A stretch of DNA of 61,485 nt, filler included, from Sphacelaria rigidula (Eukaryota): assembly GCA_964200075.2 (NCBI GenBank). It is 11 parts of 11 records of this genome, joined end to end, with 100 filler letters (N's around TTAATTAATTAA, not from the genome) between each part and the next. Parts side by side here need not be neighbours in the genome. Positions count along the whole stretch, not along the records: positions 22,397 to 27,895 come from CAXNAA020026827.1; positions 27,996 to 33,494 come from CAXNAA020026828.1; positions 33,595 to 39,093 come from CAXNAA020026829.1; 8 more parts are not named here. One strand, written 5' to 3'. How positions within the stretch are numbered: position 1 is the stretch's first letter; the number at the start of each line of letters is the position of its first letter. Under the pieces are notes generated by a model that searched no databases, was not told where the DNA came from, and worked only from the letters and a program-made list of their open reading frames with translations. A program made the translations under genes and the position numbers. Below are positions 22,297-34,615 of this stretch, piece after piece.

Positions 22297-23750
22297 NNNN
22301 NNNNNNNNNNNNNNNNNNNNNNNNNNNNNNNNNNNNNNNNTTAATTAATTAANNNNNNNNNNNNNNNNNNNNNNNNNNNNNNNNNNNNNNNNNNNNGGTG
22401 GTTACGATGCGGAAGTGAGTGCGCTATCACGTCCACATGTGCATTCACTCACGGTACACAGCATCTCGGCCGCCAGGTAATCGTTTTGAGGCCATACAGA
22501 CGGTATTACCCAAAACTGGAACTCGCTTCATTTAATTTGCTCGCCGAAGGAAAGTGGCTGTCCTCCGGTACATACACTGGCTGTGGTGTGCCCGACTGGT
22601 GCACCACGTTTCACGTGGGTGCCTGCAGCAGCGGTCGATAGCTTCACAATAAAAAATGAAGTGCAAAAGTCGAAAATGGCACCGGTCACCCGTCGAAAGA
22701 TACACCAGCTGCAGTTACGCCGCATAATCCTCGGACAAAACCATACTGGCGCAAACGCTGCGCCCCTGCGGCAGCACTGGAGAGATGGGGACAAGGGAAC
22801 AATCGTACTTGCCAGCACTGTGGATTTGGCATCGCCACATCGCCCCGCCAACCGATATGCCATCAATGATGTCGACATTAACAGGGCATGCGCATCTAGT
22901 GTTGCGTTCCTAATGCACGCCGTATTGAGCTGCAGGCGACAGAATACTGTACACGATGGCACTGCCGAGCATGGTACAGACAGTAGCTTTGGACAGTAGT
23001 AGTCACACATCAGAAAAAGGGGTGCAGCACATTACACATTTTTCATACTGTATTTCATGTGAAGGTTTCAGTGTTGAAGGCGGCGCAATTGGCTGTGCAA
23101 GGCATGCATGCACAAAAATGTGTCGTGTTACTTGCTTGTTGAAACAAATTACCTAATTTCTTTTTATGTGGATTGAATATATCGTGCACTAGCCGGAACG
23201 CGTCCTTTTGGCCTGGTGCCCTGAGCGTGGTCGCCACCTATCGGCGTTGCATTGTGCACGAGATGCACCAATGAAGAGCACCACAATTCAGACCACCCCA
23301 CGCGGGAAATCATCACTATTTCAGCCAGAAATCTACACCCACGATCCCGCGTTGAGCAAAGCTTGCAAGCAATGCCACGTGCTGAGCCGATGCTTCCTTG
23401 TGCTGGGCCCGCTGCTCGTGTGAACTTTGTCTACTTCACGGCTGATATCAGCCGAATACTTGTCAAATGGTTCTTCTATGCGGGCATGCCGGTATTGGAT
23501 TGTTTTATTTTATTTTGGCGCAGGACTGTCTTGCAGTCGAGGCAGTTCAGCATCAATTATTGTACTTCACAGACCACAAAGCTTCGAAGTTTTGTACTAC
23601 TGCACCTCACTTCACTGCTGCTGTGCTGTGTGCTGAACCGGGGTGTACTCTTCTACTCTTTTTTACGTACTGTATTTGGGACTCGAGAGCGTCCACGCAT
23701 GGGTGTGGAGCAATATTCGAACATTTTAAAGCTTCAGCCAACTCGTTTAA

Positions 23751-23850
23751 CCCTTTTAGACCGCGAGATTAGTCTTTCTGGATCATCCATACTTTTCTCT
23801 ACTTGAAATTGATGCCGATTCAACAGAAGACCAACCTCGCGGTCTAAGGG
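23751..23850 (-). mobile_element. piggyBac-type MITE, reverse orientation
   Basis: TTAA flanks (23747-50, 23851-54), CCC...GGG ends; the interior is the reverse complement of 12835-12932. Confidence 0.9.
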
Positions 23851-26800
23851 TTAATCTACAGCACCGATGGATTTCAGCGAATACTTTTACTATAGAAAAA
23901 TGTGCTCTTGAGATGGCAAAATATTCCTCCCTGTCTCTGTCGATGGCGTCACGCGAGCGCGCTGCTCTCCCATAATGATGGAATTCAGGTTTTCACGTGA
24001 GTGGGGGATGGGGGGGAGGGGGTCACCCTAGGCCGTGCGGATTCTGCAATTACTCGTTGCAGAAAGTACTGCCGCCATTTTATTTTGCTGGTGGAACTGA
24101 ATGTCTATATGTCGACACACCTCGATCATCCTTGCGTCCACTCCTTCTGCCAGGGCGGTGCAATCTGCCCCCCTGCTGCATCTACAGCACGTGGGGATAC
24201 TTGGTGCGAAACCTGTACATTTGCCATCATCCACGATTTCCGCGGAGGCGTCTATTTTACGAAGAAAAAAAAACTGGGCGTAACATTGCTGTCATCTACA
24301 CCCCACGGTTTGTGTGTGCAGTTCAACTTTAGCACAGTGGAGCCGACGACGTAGCAGACTGACGGCCAAAACAGCACTACCGTGTCAGCGCACACCTTCC
24401 TTACATCTGTCCAAGCGAGTAAACAGCGACGCAAGGCCTAACGGCCCACAAAGCTACACCTATTGACTCCCTACGGAACAGAGTTCCTAGTTAGTTTTCC
24501 TGGAAGAAAATCCACGCCAAGGGCAGAAGAGACGATGACAAGGCGAGCGTCCTGCCTGCTGCTGGCTGCAGCTTTCACTGCACACACTACACAAGGTGAA
24601 GTTAGCGCCCCATGTAACCGTATTTGAGTCGTAGCTAAGCGCCGCGGAGTAGCACCACGTCATGGTAGTTCCCGTGATATATATGTCATGATATGAACAT
24701 GACACGATCTATTTCTTCGCCGTGGATTGAACCTTGACGACCAGCCGATGCAGGGCTCCACTGACCTCCTGATAGATGACAAGGTGAGGAAGTGGAAGCA
24801 GGCTTCATACACGAGAGATAGAGCACATGTGTCCACAGGACACTTGTGAACTATTGTCTCTACCCTCTCTCCTTGCTGCTCAACAACGGTCGACGCTTAC
24901 ACATCTTGTACTTGATGCAAGAAGCATCCAGAGGTCCGCTCTTCCTTGGGAAGCACCTTGAAAATAATCCTGATGTCACGGAAACTGTTTTTGGGGTGCG
25001 GCGATGGTGAGGGTGGGGCGTTGCGGTGCCGAGCTATCCTTGCTTTCTGCTCGGAAGGACCATGCTACCTGGAATGCTGCACAGTAGAATTACAAGGCGG
25101 TGCGGTACAGTATAGTGCCATTGCATTACACCAAGAATGATTGCAGTGCCAGTGACCTGGAGTAGGAGTATGTCTAATGCAGTCGGTGTGCCACGCTGGC
25201 TATATTTGCGCGTTCAGGTGGTCAGTCTCAGCTGCCATGAAGCAAGCTTCCATCCGTGCCGAGTTCTCGTCATGTTTCTGCTGACTGTATCAGACCCCAA
25301 AAATCGACATGGCACGTGCAAGGACACCTATACTGGAGTGGTGTCGAACATGGCAAATAGGTTGGCACGCAGACTTTTCACGGCTCCCCCACCCTGTCTG
25401 TTATTCCTGCCACTTCCCCGCAGCATATTTTTCATCAGCTTTCTTGAACGGTATGGCTGTCTTGTTTGCCTCGTGGTCAGCTGTCCAGCTTGCACTACAA
25501 TTAAAGAAACATACGGCAGATTGACGCAGCTTTTCGCAAACGTACAAAGATCTATGCTGGCATGTTCCCCGTGCTTTGGTGCTCTCATACACCGGTAGTC
25601 ACAGCAACTCGAGCAGCATGCAGGGGCCGGTTCTCCTGTACTGCCTGTCCACTTTCATGTGCTCATGATCCATGAGGTGGAGAGCTTTTCTGCGTAAATG
25701 CGAGATTCTTGGATGTCAGAATGTGTCTCCTGTTGCAGATGATGCTCCCATGTTGAAGTCGCGCGTGGACCTGCGGTGGGATTGCCATGATCTCGACCGT
25801 GAGTACGGTAGGCCTGATATGCGCATGTGGAGAGGCGCGCTCACGACGGTAAAATGCTGCGATTTTCTCATGAGATCACTTCGAGAGGAGCCATGTAGCG
25901 ACGGAGGCAGTTGCCCGTAGCAGCCACTCTGTCATAGTCTGGTCCGTCTTTGTGGGTTATAGATGACTGGAGAGCAGTGCTTACGCTTTGGTCGCAAGAA
26001 TGGTTGACGGAGCGCTTCTCGGGAATTCATGATTTTGAACTAACCCTAAGCTAACCCTGAACCCAGACCTCAACGAATGTATACGAACACCCTCGGGCAA
26101 GGAGTGCGCCAAGGATGCTTTAGGCATCGTATGGGTTGGCAGACCTGAAATCGGCCCTTGCGGCATCAATTTTGACGAAAACAAGCACGTCAGAAACACG
26201 CGGGACTGTCAGCCACTCTAAAGATCCGACCGTCGTTGTTCAATCGAAATCAAGTAATCAACCATTTTGACGACCAAATTCGTGAGCGATGCTGTCACTT
26301 GGGGTCAATCCATGTGGGCATAGTCTGGCCGTGCAGGACAACGATGTTGATCTGCAGTACGGTGCTGTCATTGTAGTCGTGTCTGGATGTGAGGCTTGTC
26401 CGGCAAAGCAGTACGTACCAGTGTTTAGTCCAAATTGGCCAGTGTACTGTACTGCTGGCTCCACAGCAATGCATAAAAATATGCCATCGCCTAGACCCAG
26501 TGCAGTGCAGTGCAACAGTACCGGATACTGTCTGCTGTAACGCGGGTATACAGTGTACATCGCACGAACAAAACGCGGGGAACACGCGAATTATTCATTT
26601 CACGAGTAACACCTCTGATTATCTACTGTTCCGAAAGTGACGAGTGTAAGAAACAGTTCAAAAACTAGAGGCAGTTGCTGACATTTTTGTGTTTTCGGTA
26701 CACATATCGGTTCTCTTTGGTGGAATCACAACTTTAGGTGCAAGCCACACATCGAGTTGACTATTTTCCCGTCGGACCGTTCAGGTGGGCCATAGATGGA

Positions 26801-28073
26801 CGTCTGGAAAACGGCAACATCGCTCACATTGAAAACGCCTGATTGCGCGAGTTCAGAGAATGTCATGGAGAGCAAGTGGGTTATGTGAAAGTACACCAAC
26901 ACCAAAATGATTACATATGGATGTTTAACTTGCTATTTGAAAGGACGAGATTGACAAACCGGCTGCAAAGGCCAAAACGAGGAAAACGTTGATCAATGAC
27001 GTACGTCCAACATCCGAGTTGCCCAGCTCGGGCTTGCGTGCGAGTGCTTGATGACATCGCTGCGCAACTGAAATGGAAGTATAGTAAAGCAATGATGGAC
27101 CATTGTACTGTACTGTACTATCCTGTGTGGAGCCATCTACATCCTGTACAGACAACAGAACGGTGTTTCAAAGATTAGGTCACAACATGATTTGCACTTC
27201 TTTCACGGTCCCGGCGCTCAGAGGGTTGAGGCTGTGATCAAACGCTTTTCAGCACAGACCTCTCTTCACCCGTCAGTTTCTGGGCATTGGAAAAGGAGAA
27301 AGACTGGGGCTTTCGAGGTCAGTCCACCAAGAAATTTCTCGGGAATATGGTATCTCGAGCTGACGCTATCACTAACCCCAACCCGAGGTATACCAGGAAC
27401 CCTCGGGCGAAGTGTCCTCTAGGCAAAGTGCGGCGTTGGTAGACCTATGATCGGCGCCGCCGATTTAGCACAAAACTTCTTTTGCCCATGCTAGGAGCAC
27501 TTGGTACTGTAAGCCCCACTAAGGATCCGAACATCGGTATTAGAGCTCAAATCGAGTAACAAAATTGCGGAAACGTCTCATCCGGCCAAGCGGTGAATTC
27601 TTCTGGGCTCTCGACACAAACGAAACTATTTGAATCATACCGTCGTCGGAAAAGCTGCAGGTACCGCGTTCCAGCTATCACTCACCCTTTGGTAAATGGC
27701 CACCCCACACGGGGTACAAACCCCAAAACAAATGCTAGTGTTGGTTCTGCTTGATTATCGTCAATGTCCTGTTTTTCTCGATTCAAGGGCGATTTATGCT
27801 GTCGATACCGGGTGGTACGACGCGCTCAACATGCGCTTGTGCGGGGGGGGGGGGGGGGGGGCATGTTGTGGTGTGATCGTGTTGGATGCTTGGAANNNNN
27901 NNNNNNNNNNNNNNNNNNNNNNNNNNNNNNNNNNNNNNNTTAATTAATTAANNNNNNNNNNNNNNNNNNNNNNNNNNNNNNNNNNNNNNNNNNNNTTTCT
28001 TCCATACAGCCCTATCAACTATAGCTGGCAATTTCTCTCTTTGCATGTTCTTTACGCTATACTGCCATCTGGA

Positions 28074-28203
28074 GGGGGGGGGGGGGATAAACGCATGATC
28101 TTGCATGCCATAGTCATATGACCATTGACCTCTCATTCTTTCATAGCCAAGGCGAAGCACGCAGGGTTTTCGCCGGACAAGGAGGCGGGGGGTGGGGGTG
28201 GTG
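28074..28203 (-). mobile_element. 5'-truncated copy of the poly-C-associated family
   Basis: Minus strand reads a C-rich tract, then CCTTGTCCGGCGAAAACCC...GGTCAATGGTCATATGACTATGGCATGCAAGATCATG, then a long C-run. Confidence 0.75.
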
Positions 28204-28458
28204 ACTGCATTAAATAGAAGCATTACACAATCCCACGCACTCTACACTATTTTCGGTTTATGTTGATACCGAAAATATTTCGATACATCTTTCCGCTTGA
28301 CTTTTTTTGCGTGAAACCAATGGCACACTACACTATTGCGGCGTCTAAATTTCGGAGGACGTTGACTGCCACGCCGAGCGCTGAAATACTATCAAAAGAG
28401 CATTCTTTCGTTTCGTCCATTTCTGGGAAATCCTACTTTTATCGGATTCATAGCGTAC

Positions 28459-28623
28459 CCTTTCGTTCCCCTCTTTGTCACCGTCCTCGTCAAGCCACAC
28501 AACCTCGATGGAGCAGCCGTCAGAATCTTCGTCACAGTCCCTGGTAGTGCTACCCGTCATCACAACCGTCCCATCATCCAAAACAGAGACTGCTTCGAAA
28601 ATGCTAGGACCGCCGTTACTTCC
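28459..28623 (-). CDS. Exon of the beta-propeller-repeat protein (downstream of 30437-30736)
   Basis: CAG|GGA acceptor in phase 0 with the previous exon. GSNGGPSIFEAVSVLDDGTVVMTGST..IEVVWLDEDG repeats the A-x-x-x-DG-S/T-VV-x-x-G..LD-x-DG blade pattern. The donor AGG|GTACGC is tentative. Confidence 0.6.
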
Positions 28624-30436
28624 CTGCCGCCAAGAATGACACGGGCATGTAGTTCGCGATGAGTGAAACGTCGAACATGAAGCAGCCGAACACGAGCGTA
28701 GTAGATATAGCGCCGACATTTGTTTGAGTCTTTCGAATGCAAGAAGCACGGCACACCGCTCGATTTTCATATTTCCAGGGACTCACGACACGGCACAGTT
28801 TCCGAGTACCATGAGCATTGCCCGATACAAGGTTTCTCGACGATCAAGCTGCAAGGTAACCCCACCCTTCTTCATGAACAGTACATTTCACAGCCCTGGC
28901 CGGTCGAGAGCTCAATCGGGTATGATTGTCTTCCCCTACCAGCATCGTCAGTGACAGCTGTTCACCGTCAGTCACCATTAGTGCACAGCTGTAAATACTA
29001 CAACATGGGACAGATCTTACGACATGTGGTTACGGGTGTTTGTTTTTTATAACGGTTCAACACATGTAGAACTCCCATCACTAACTAGTGTGTGAGGTCG
29101 TGCAACACACTAATAAACGCGTTTCTTCATGCAACCAAACACCCCTCCCTTCCCTCCTCCCCCTTTTGTAGGATCGGACATGTATGATAATGAAAGCACA
29201 CGAAGAGTACTGCCCGTCGAGGCCTTATCACATTATCACAATGGCGGAAAATGAGGTGATTGTGTTTTCTCCCTCAACAGATCCCGTCCTCGAAACACGC
29301 CCACCACAGACGCGACTTTAATAAACAACTGTCCACGGTAAAGAGGGTAAGAAGTCTCGTAGAATTCGTGGATGGCTTGCGAACAGCCTTCACGAACTCA
29401 CAAACAGATCTTACGCGGAGTGTTGGGTCGGCGGCCTTGCACAAAGGACGACCGAAAACAAGTTGTACAAATCCCCTCAACGCTAGGCGGTGGCAAAGGT
29501 CACTTTCACCGGCGCGCAACCTCGTTTCGTCAAGGTACGGACAAGGACGCTCCTGATCGGGGAAGTGATGCGAGAACGATCACATGACCCGCATACGTAA
29601 AAACTCGTAGCCACGAGTGTTCGTCGAGGTCTTATAATACCACATTCTCTGTTTCATTTGTAGTAGTCTACTCTGTCTGCTCCACCTGTTGTCCGTGTTC
29701 TCTTCACTTTCCTTCAGCGAATATGTTCGTTTTATTATATATCGAATACGTGCAACACGTTGCTACGGCTGGAGCCGTGGGGGATCAGGTGTTACAGGGT
29801 GGATAATGACCCTGCATAGTAGACTATAGAGCAATTGGATCATGGCTACACCTTCTTCAGTCTAATGATGACTTGGTGGGAAATATTTCGTGCGACTTTG
29901 CCCTCCACATGGTCACAAGTGAAAGCACACGAAAGCAACCAATTCTGAAGGCAAACTGATAATCGTCTCCCGACTATTGTATTGCACTTCACATCTGCTG
30001 ACCGCTGCTAACAACACCCATCATCCGCCAAGGATCGACCCACATGCCGAGCAAGGTGCTTGCGCACATATTCACTTCTGCATTTGGACTGAAACAGGCA
30101 AGATCCAACCAGTGTTATGTAGTTCCTCCCGTAGGTCTGACCGTATCGGATTGAAAGTGTCACAGTAATTAGGTGGCCAGCGAAGCCTGGTGTGAAACGT
30201 GTCCCCGACTGGTAGAGGTCCCTGCGTACCTAACACTGGTACATCTTTGCGTCTGCGACACAGGTAGTGTGCGACGATCGATCAGTCAACCGCCAAAGCA
30301 ACTCTTGGGGGCGGTGATACGACGAGCGCAGTTTACCACAAAGCGGCACTGACTGACGCATTTCAAACAAAGATGACTGATTTTTTAAAAGCGGTACGAA
30401 CGTAGTGCCTTTGTCGGGTGTGGGTAATACTTTCAC

Positions 30437-30736
30437 CTCATACTCCCACAGGAGGCCTCCGTCAGCATCCAGTTTGAAGGCGTAGTGGTCATAGTAATCC
30501 GGGTAGTACCAGCCAGCTCCAATGATGGTATCATCCTCTCCAACAGCCAAAGAATTGAGCCCGTTACCGTTATTGCTGGGGCTCGTCCACCGCCACAGCT
30601 CCTCCCCATACTCATCCAACTTGATAACAAAGGAGTTATTAACTGTGTCACCGTCTCCAAGGTATCCGCCCAAAACCACACTGCTATCGTCTCCGATGGC
30701 GGCAGCTCCCAAGGCGTCATAGCCACTGCCGCCGTC
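30437..30736 (-). CDS. 300-nt exon with two beta-propeller-like blades of a brown-algal extracellular repeat protein
   Basis: Acceptor CCACAG|GAC, donor GAG|GTGAAA, phase 0/0. Two repeats of A-x-G-[DE]-D-x-x-[VI]2-x-x-G...KLD-x-x-G-x-x-LW-x-[WY]. Confidence 0.75.
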
Positions 30737-30865
30737 CTGTGGCACGCAGGACCAAGGCAACGTCAGGGACGAACGGGTGAGTCTCAGGACGTGTCAGCAA
30801 ACTCCCATCAACACCAACAAGCCACCTGGTGAGCGTCGCGGCGGCATACGGCTGTGCACAGTTAT

Positions 30866-31024
30866 GCCCGTGATTGGGTCCCGAGTTGGGGCACTATATA
30901 CCGGGAAAATGGACCGACCAATTACTCTGTCAATTGAATGCAGAAGAAATGGAACGTAAATGAGTCAATCAGTGTCAGTCACAAATACACGCGTCACTCG
31001 AAATGACGAAGGCGCTTATACAAA
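30866..31024 (+). repeat. About 160-bp dispersed repeat, inverted copy at about 58152-58309
   Basis: GGAAAATGGACCGACCAA...ACACGCGTCACTCGAAATGACGA.GGCGCT.ATACAAA is present in both contigs. Confidence 0.8.
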
Positions 31025-31039
31025 GTATACCAATGCTAT

Positions 31040-31209
31040 TAGTGTTGGAAATCGTATCGAAAGTTTCGATATATCGTATCGTGTTGAATTTATTGCTTTC
31101 GTATCGGAAACATTTCGTTAAACAATAACGGTAACGATAATGATGAGTTCGATACGATACGATACTATACGATACGATACGATAAATTTGGTGAAATGAC
31201 GCACCCTTG
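31040..31209. mobile_element. Small (GATAC/GTATC)-rich MITE-like insertion
   Basis: Starts TAGTGTTGGA; internal TATCG repeats face CGATA repeats. A related end (TCCAACACTA) is at 32488-32497. No TSD seen. Confidence 0.5.
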
Positions 31210-31739
31210 CAGACCACGAGTTCGAGAGATCGAGCTAATGTGACGGACAGCAGCAGCACAGAGCACAGAGCACAGTGCTTTCTTACTAGCATGCTTCGTA
31301 TGGCGATCTGCCTTGTGCCACTGCTGCTGATAGTATCATTTCGTAGCGTGTAACATGATTTCTGACTTATTTTGACGCATGACTAATTCTTCACAGGAAA
31401 ACATAGGACAATAAGGTTAAGCACAGAGGTCATTGAAGTGCATGTGTGTAGGTGCAGGTGCGCGAGGAGGGAGGAGCAGAATAGACGGGCCTTTTCTAGT
31501 GTTGGTGTGTTTTGTACCGACCAGTAAGGCATTGTTTAGCATACTGGGGGCGCGGTGTGAAGATTGGGTCATGTCGAATCCTGACACATTTTCTCCTACT
31601 ACTCCGGGAGACCTTGGTTAGGACAATTTCCACCGGAAATAAAGCCATAGGTCTCATGTTTCTTGCCTCCGGCAGCGCCTCCTGCAGAGACCCTCACAAG
31701 CCGGGGGGGGGCATCTGGGGCACGCGCAACGAGCAGACA

Positions 31740-32372
31740 TAGGGCTGTCAACTGACTGCTCTGGCCAGTTCAGCTTCAACAAGCCGCGCCAGCGGCCACT
31801 ACATCGATTGATTAACCGATGACATTCAAATCTCATGCAAAGCGGTGAGCGATTCCAAAACCATTAATCTGTAATACACAACAGCCGTGAGGAGAGGAAG
31901 ATGCAAACAAGCCAAGGCTGGCAGCACGCGGGGACAAGAGCGCGAAATGATTCACGCCCGGACCCACAAGCACGCTTGTAGTTGAATTGCAAGGCATGAT
32001 GTACTTTGTATTTTGTGGTCGCGGATTACCGTTTGTTTGTTATTTTTTATTCTAGGTATGCTGTGAAACGACAAACCTGGCATATATCCGCAATATTATC
32101 ACTTCGAGGTGTAGTGACCATGAGTACTTCTGCACTGTACTGTCTGTACCTGGACTGTTGTCAGGTTCAGACCCCAATCCTGCTGTCATTTTGTTCGTAA
32201 CCATGTAAGCATCCTTTGTACAAAGTCACCATACTAATAATGGTATAAACATAGCCGGTAACGGCAAACTTCCCATTAACTGGATAAACTGGAGTCCTCA
32301 TCACCAGTTGTTCCAGTTAAAATCCAGTTCCAGTTGACCTGCCAGTACAAACTGGTCCAGTTTACAGCCCTG
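31740..32372 (+). mobile_element. Non-autonomous hAT element, 633 bp
   Basis: TIR TAGGGCTGTCAACTG versus CAGGGCTGTAAACTG; decayed 8-bp TSD AGCAGACA / AGTAGACT; subterminal AACTGG repeats; homolog at 58767-59960. Confidence 0.8.
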
Positions 32373-32876
32373 AGTAGACTCGCTGCGCTCGCCCCGATTC
32401 GGCTTCGCCGGAAATAACCGAAATTGATCGTTATCGAAGGCTGAAATATTCGATATATCGTATCGAAGTGCTAAATATGGTTTGATATCCAACACTAAAC
32501 CTGTGACTAACGTTGCTGCACACCTGTGAACAGGATTACAACAACGAGAGGATAGAAGCTGCGGCTCGTGTTATTGTGCTCCTCTTGTTGCAGCATGTTG
32601 ATGTGCCTATCTTTCAACGCAGTTTTCTCGTCGACGAAGCAGAGGACTCGACTGCGGTTCGATGCGTGCGCTTCCCGCCCACCAGAACCATTCTGTGTGG
32701 CGAAAGGATATCTGTAACGCGTGCCGCGGAGCCCGCAGCACTTCGTAGACCGCCAAAATGTACGAAGAAGCGCGCTCTCTTCAACGTTCGGGGGCTACTC
32801 GGATCCACTGTGGCGAGTTGAGCACATCTGCCGCCACACTGAATAGATCTAGCGGTGTGTGTGCGGGGGGCTTCAA

Positions 32877-33080
32877 CCCTGAGACAGCGAGAGTAGGTCA
32901 TCTGTTGAATCGGCATCAATTTCACTTGAAAAAAGTACGCGTGATCCAGATAAGACTACCCTCGCGGTCTAAGGGTTGTTAACCCTTCGACCGCGAGGTT
33001 AGTCTTCTGTTGAATCGTCATCAATTTCACTTGAAAAAAGTATGCATGATCCGGAAAAAACTAATCTCGCGGTCGAAGGG
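32877..33080 (+). mobile_element. Two tandem piggyBac-type MITEs (32877-32975 and 32983-33080)
   Basis: The second copy has perfect TTAA flanks and the TIR CCCTTCGACCGCGAG; the first is more decayed. Confidence 0.9.
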
Positions 33081-34474
33081 TTAAGGGCCACATGCCCGTT
33101 TACTTCTTGTCTCCAGAAAAATGCGATGAAACAATTTCGGCTGTCGCATACTGAATCTAAATAACTTGGCATGGAGCGTGTGTTCTGTTCGGCGGAGGTT
33201 CGGTACAGGTCCACCAGTCTATGACGACGTCTTCAATACGCATTCAATAGCCCTCCCCGCGTTCAGTTTATTTTTTGTTGGCAACGGATTTTGGGTCGGC
33301 AAGGCCTTCATTCACGGGCATAACAGTAGGAGAAGTATACAACTGGGCGTTTGAACTATTTTTCGTTCAGAAGGATGTTTTTCTCGCGACTACTCTTTGA
33401 TAAAACTCAAAGAGTGATGCTACGGTAGGGGTACACATATATTTTCTGAGGTTAAAATTGTTAGGAGCCCCTTATCTCATCCAAAACAATACTTNNNNNN
33501 NNNNNNNNNNNNNNNNNNNNNNNNNNNNNNNNNNNNNNTTAATTAATTAANNNNNNNNNNNNNNNNNNNNNNNNNNNNNNNNNNNNNNNNNNNNACCCTA
33601 CCTCTCACCCCACCCATGGGGGTGTTCAAATTCCGATGCGGTCCTCTAAGCACGCGGTCCTCTCACGCATTACAGTACCCTTCCCGGCGATACACACAAA
33701 ACCATATTCCCGTCGCTGCTATCCTCAACAGAAAACCATGTATATTTTGTATTGCACGGTCTGGCAGGAAAAACACGAGTGCCTCGGTCAAACTTTCCAT
33801 ATTTCAGGCGTATTTCTAGATATCGAGCACGCTGTCCAAGAAGGCACATACACGTGCGTGCGGGTGGACGTCTTGATGCTAACTAAGCACTCTCTTTTGT
33901 TGGAAGGCTTTTATGGCGAGGCAGGCAAATTGACCGCGCGTTTCACAAGTCGCTGCTGTTACGAAGGACCCTGGCCTCTCGCGGTGATTGCACATTCATG
34001 TAGAATACGCGCATCGCACCACACGCTGCGAGTGTATTGCCTACATCTACATACCACCCACCGAGCCGTCCACCACGGCATCGATAACTGTCGCAGCTTC
34101 TCTGGGGCAAGTCGTTTTCCCACAGAACGAAGTATAGCTCCTGCAGAGAAGAAAGGGGCCGCCTAGCACTTGGGCATATTTTCACCGAGCTAGGTCGGCA
34201 AGAACTCCGGCAGGGTAGAACATGAATTGCACCAAGCGCCGCGATACAAACACATATACGCTACTGTACTTACGTTCTTCGATAATAGCAATAATTTAGC
34301 TACTTATGCGCTCATCACGCACTACTCCATGCTTCAGCTTACGGACTTAACGCCATCTGCATCTGCATCAGGAACAGCAATGAGAGCGTGCAAATATTTT
34401 CTGGCTCCGACCAAACGTTGTGCTGTATCAGGCCTGATCCCCTCCTTCATTCTTCGTTGACCCCGCGCTGCCGT

Positions 34475-34615
34475 TCCCCCTCCCTTCACCGTCATCCTCC
34501 CCCTTCTCACCCTCACCCCCACCCTCACCCTCACCCTCACCCTCACCCTTCCTCTTTCCCTTCCTCTTCCCCTTGCCCTCCCCCTTCTCCTTCTCCTCTC
34601 CTGTCACCCTCTCGC
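34475..34615. repeat. Polypyrimidine low-complexity tract with (CACCCT)n
   Basis: Directly visible hexamer run at about 34508-34549 within a C/T-rich tract. Confidence 0.85.
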
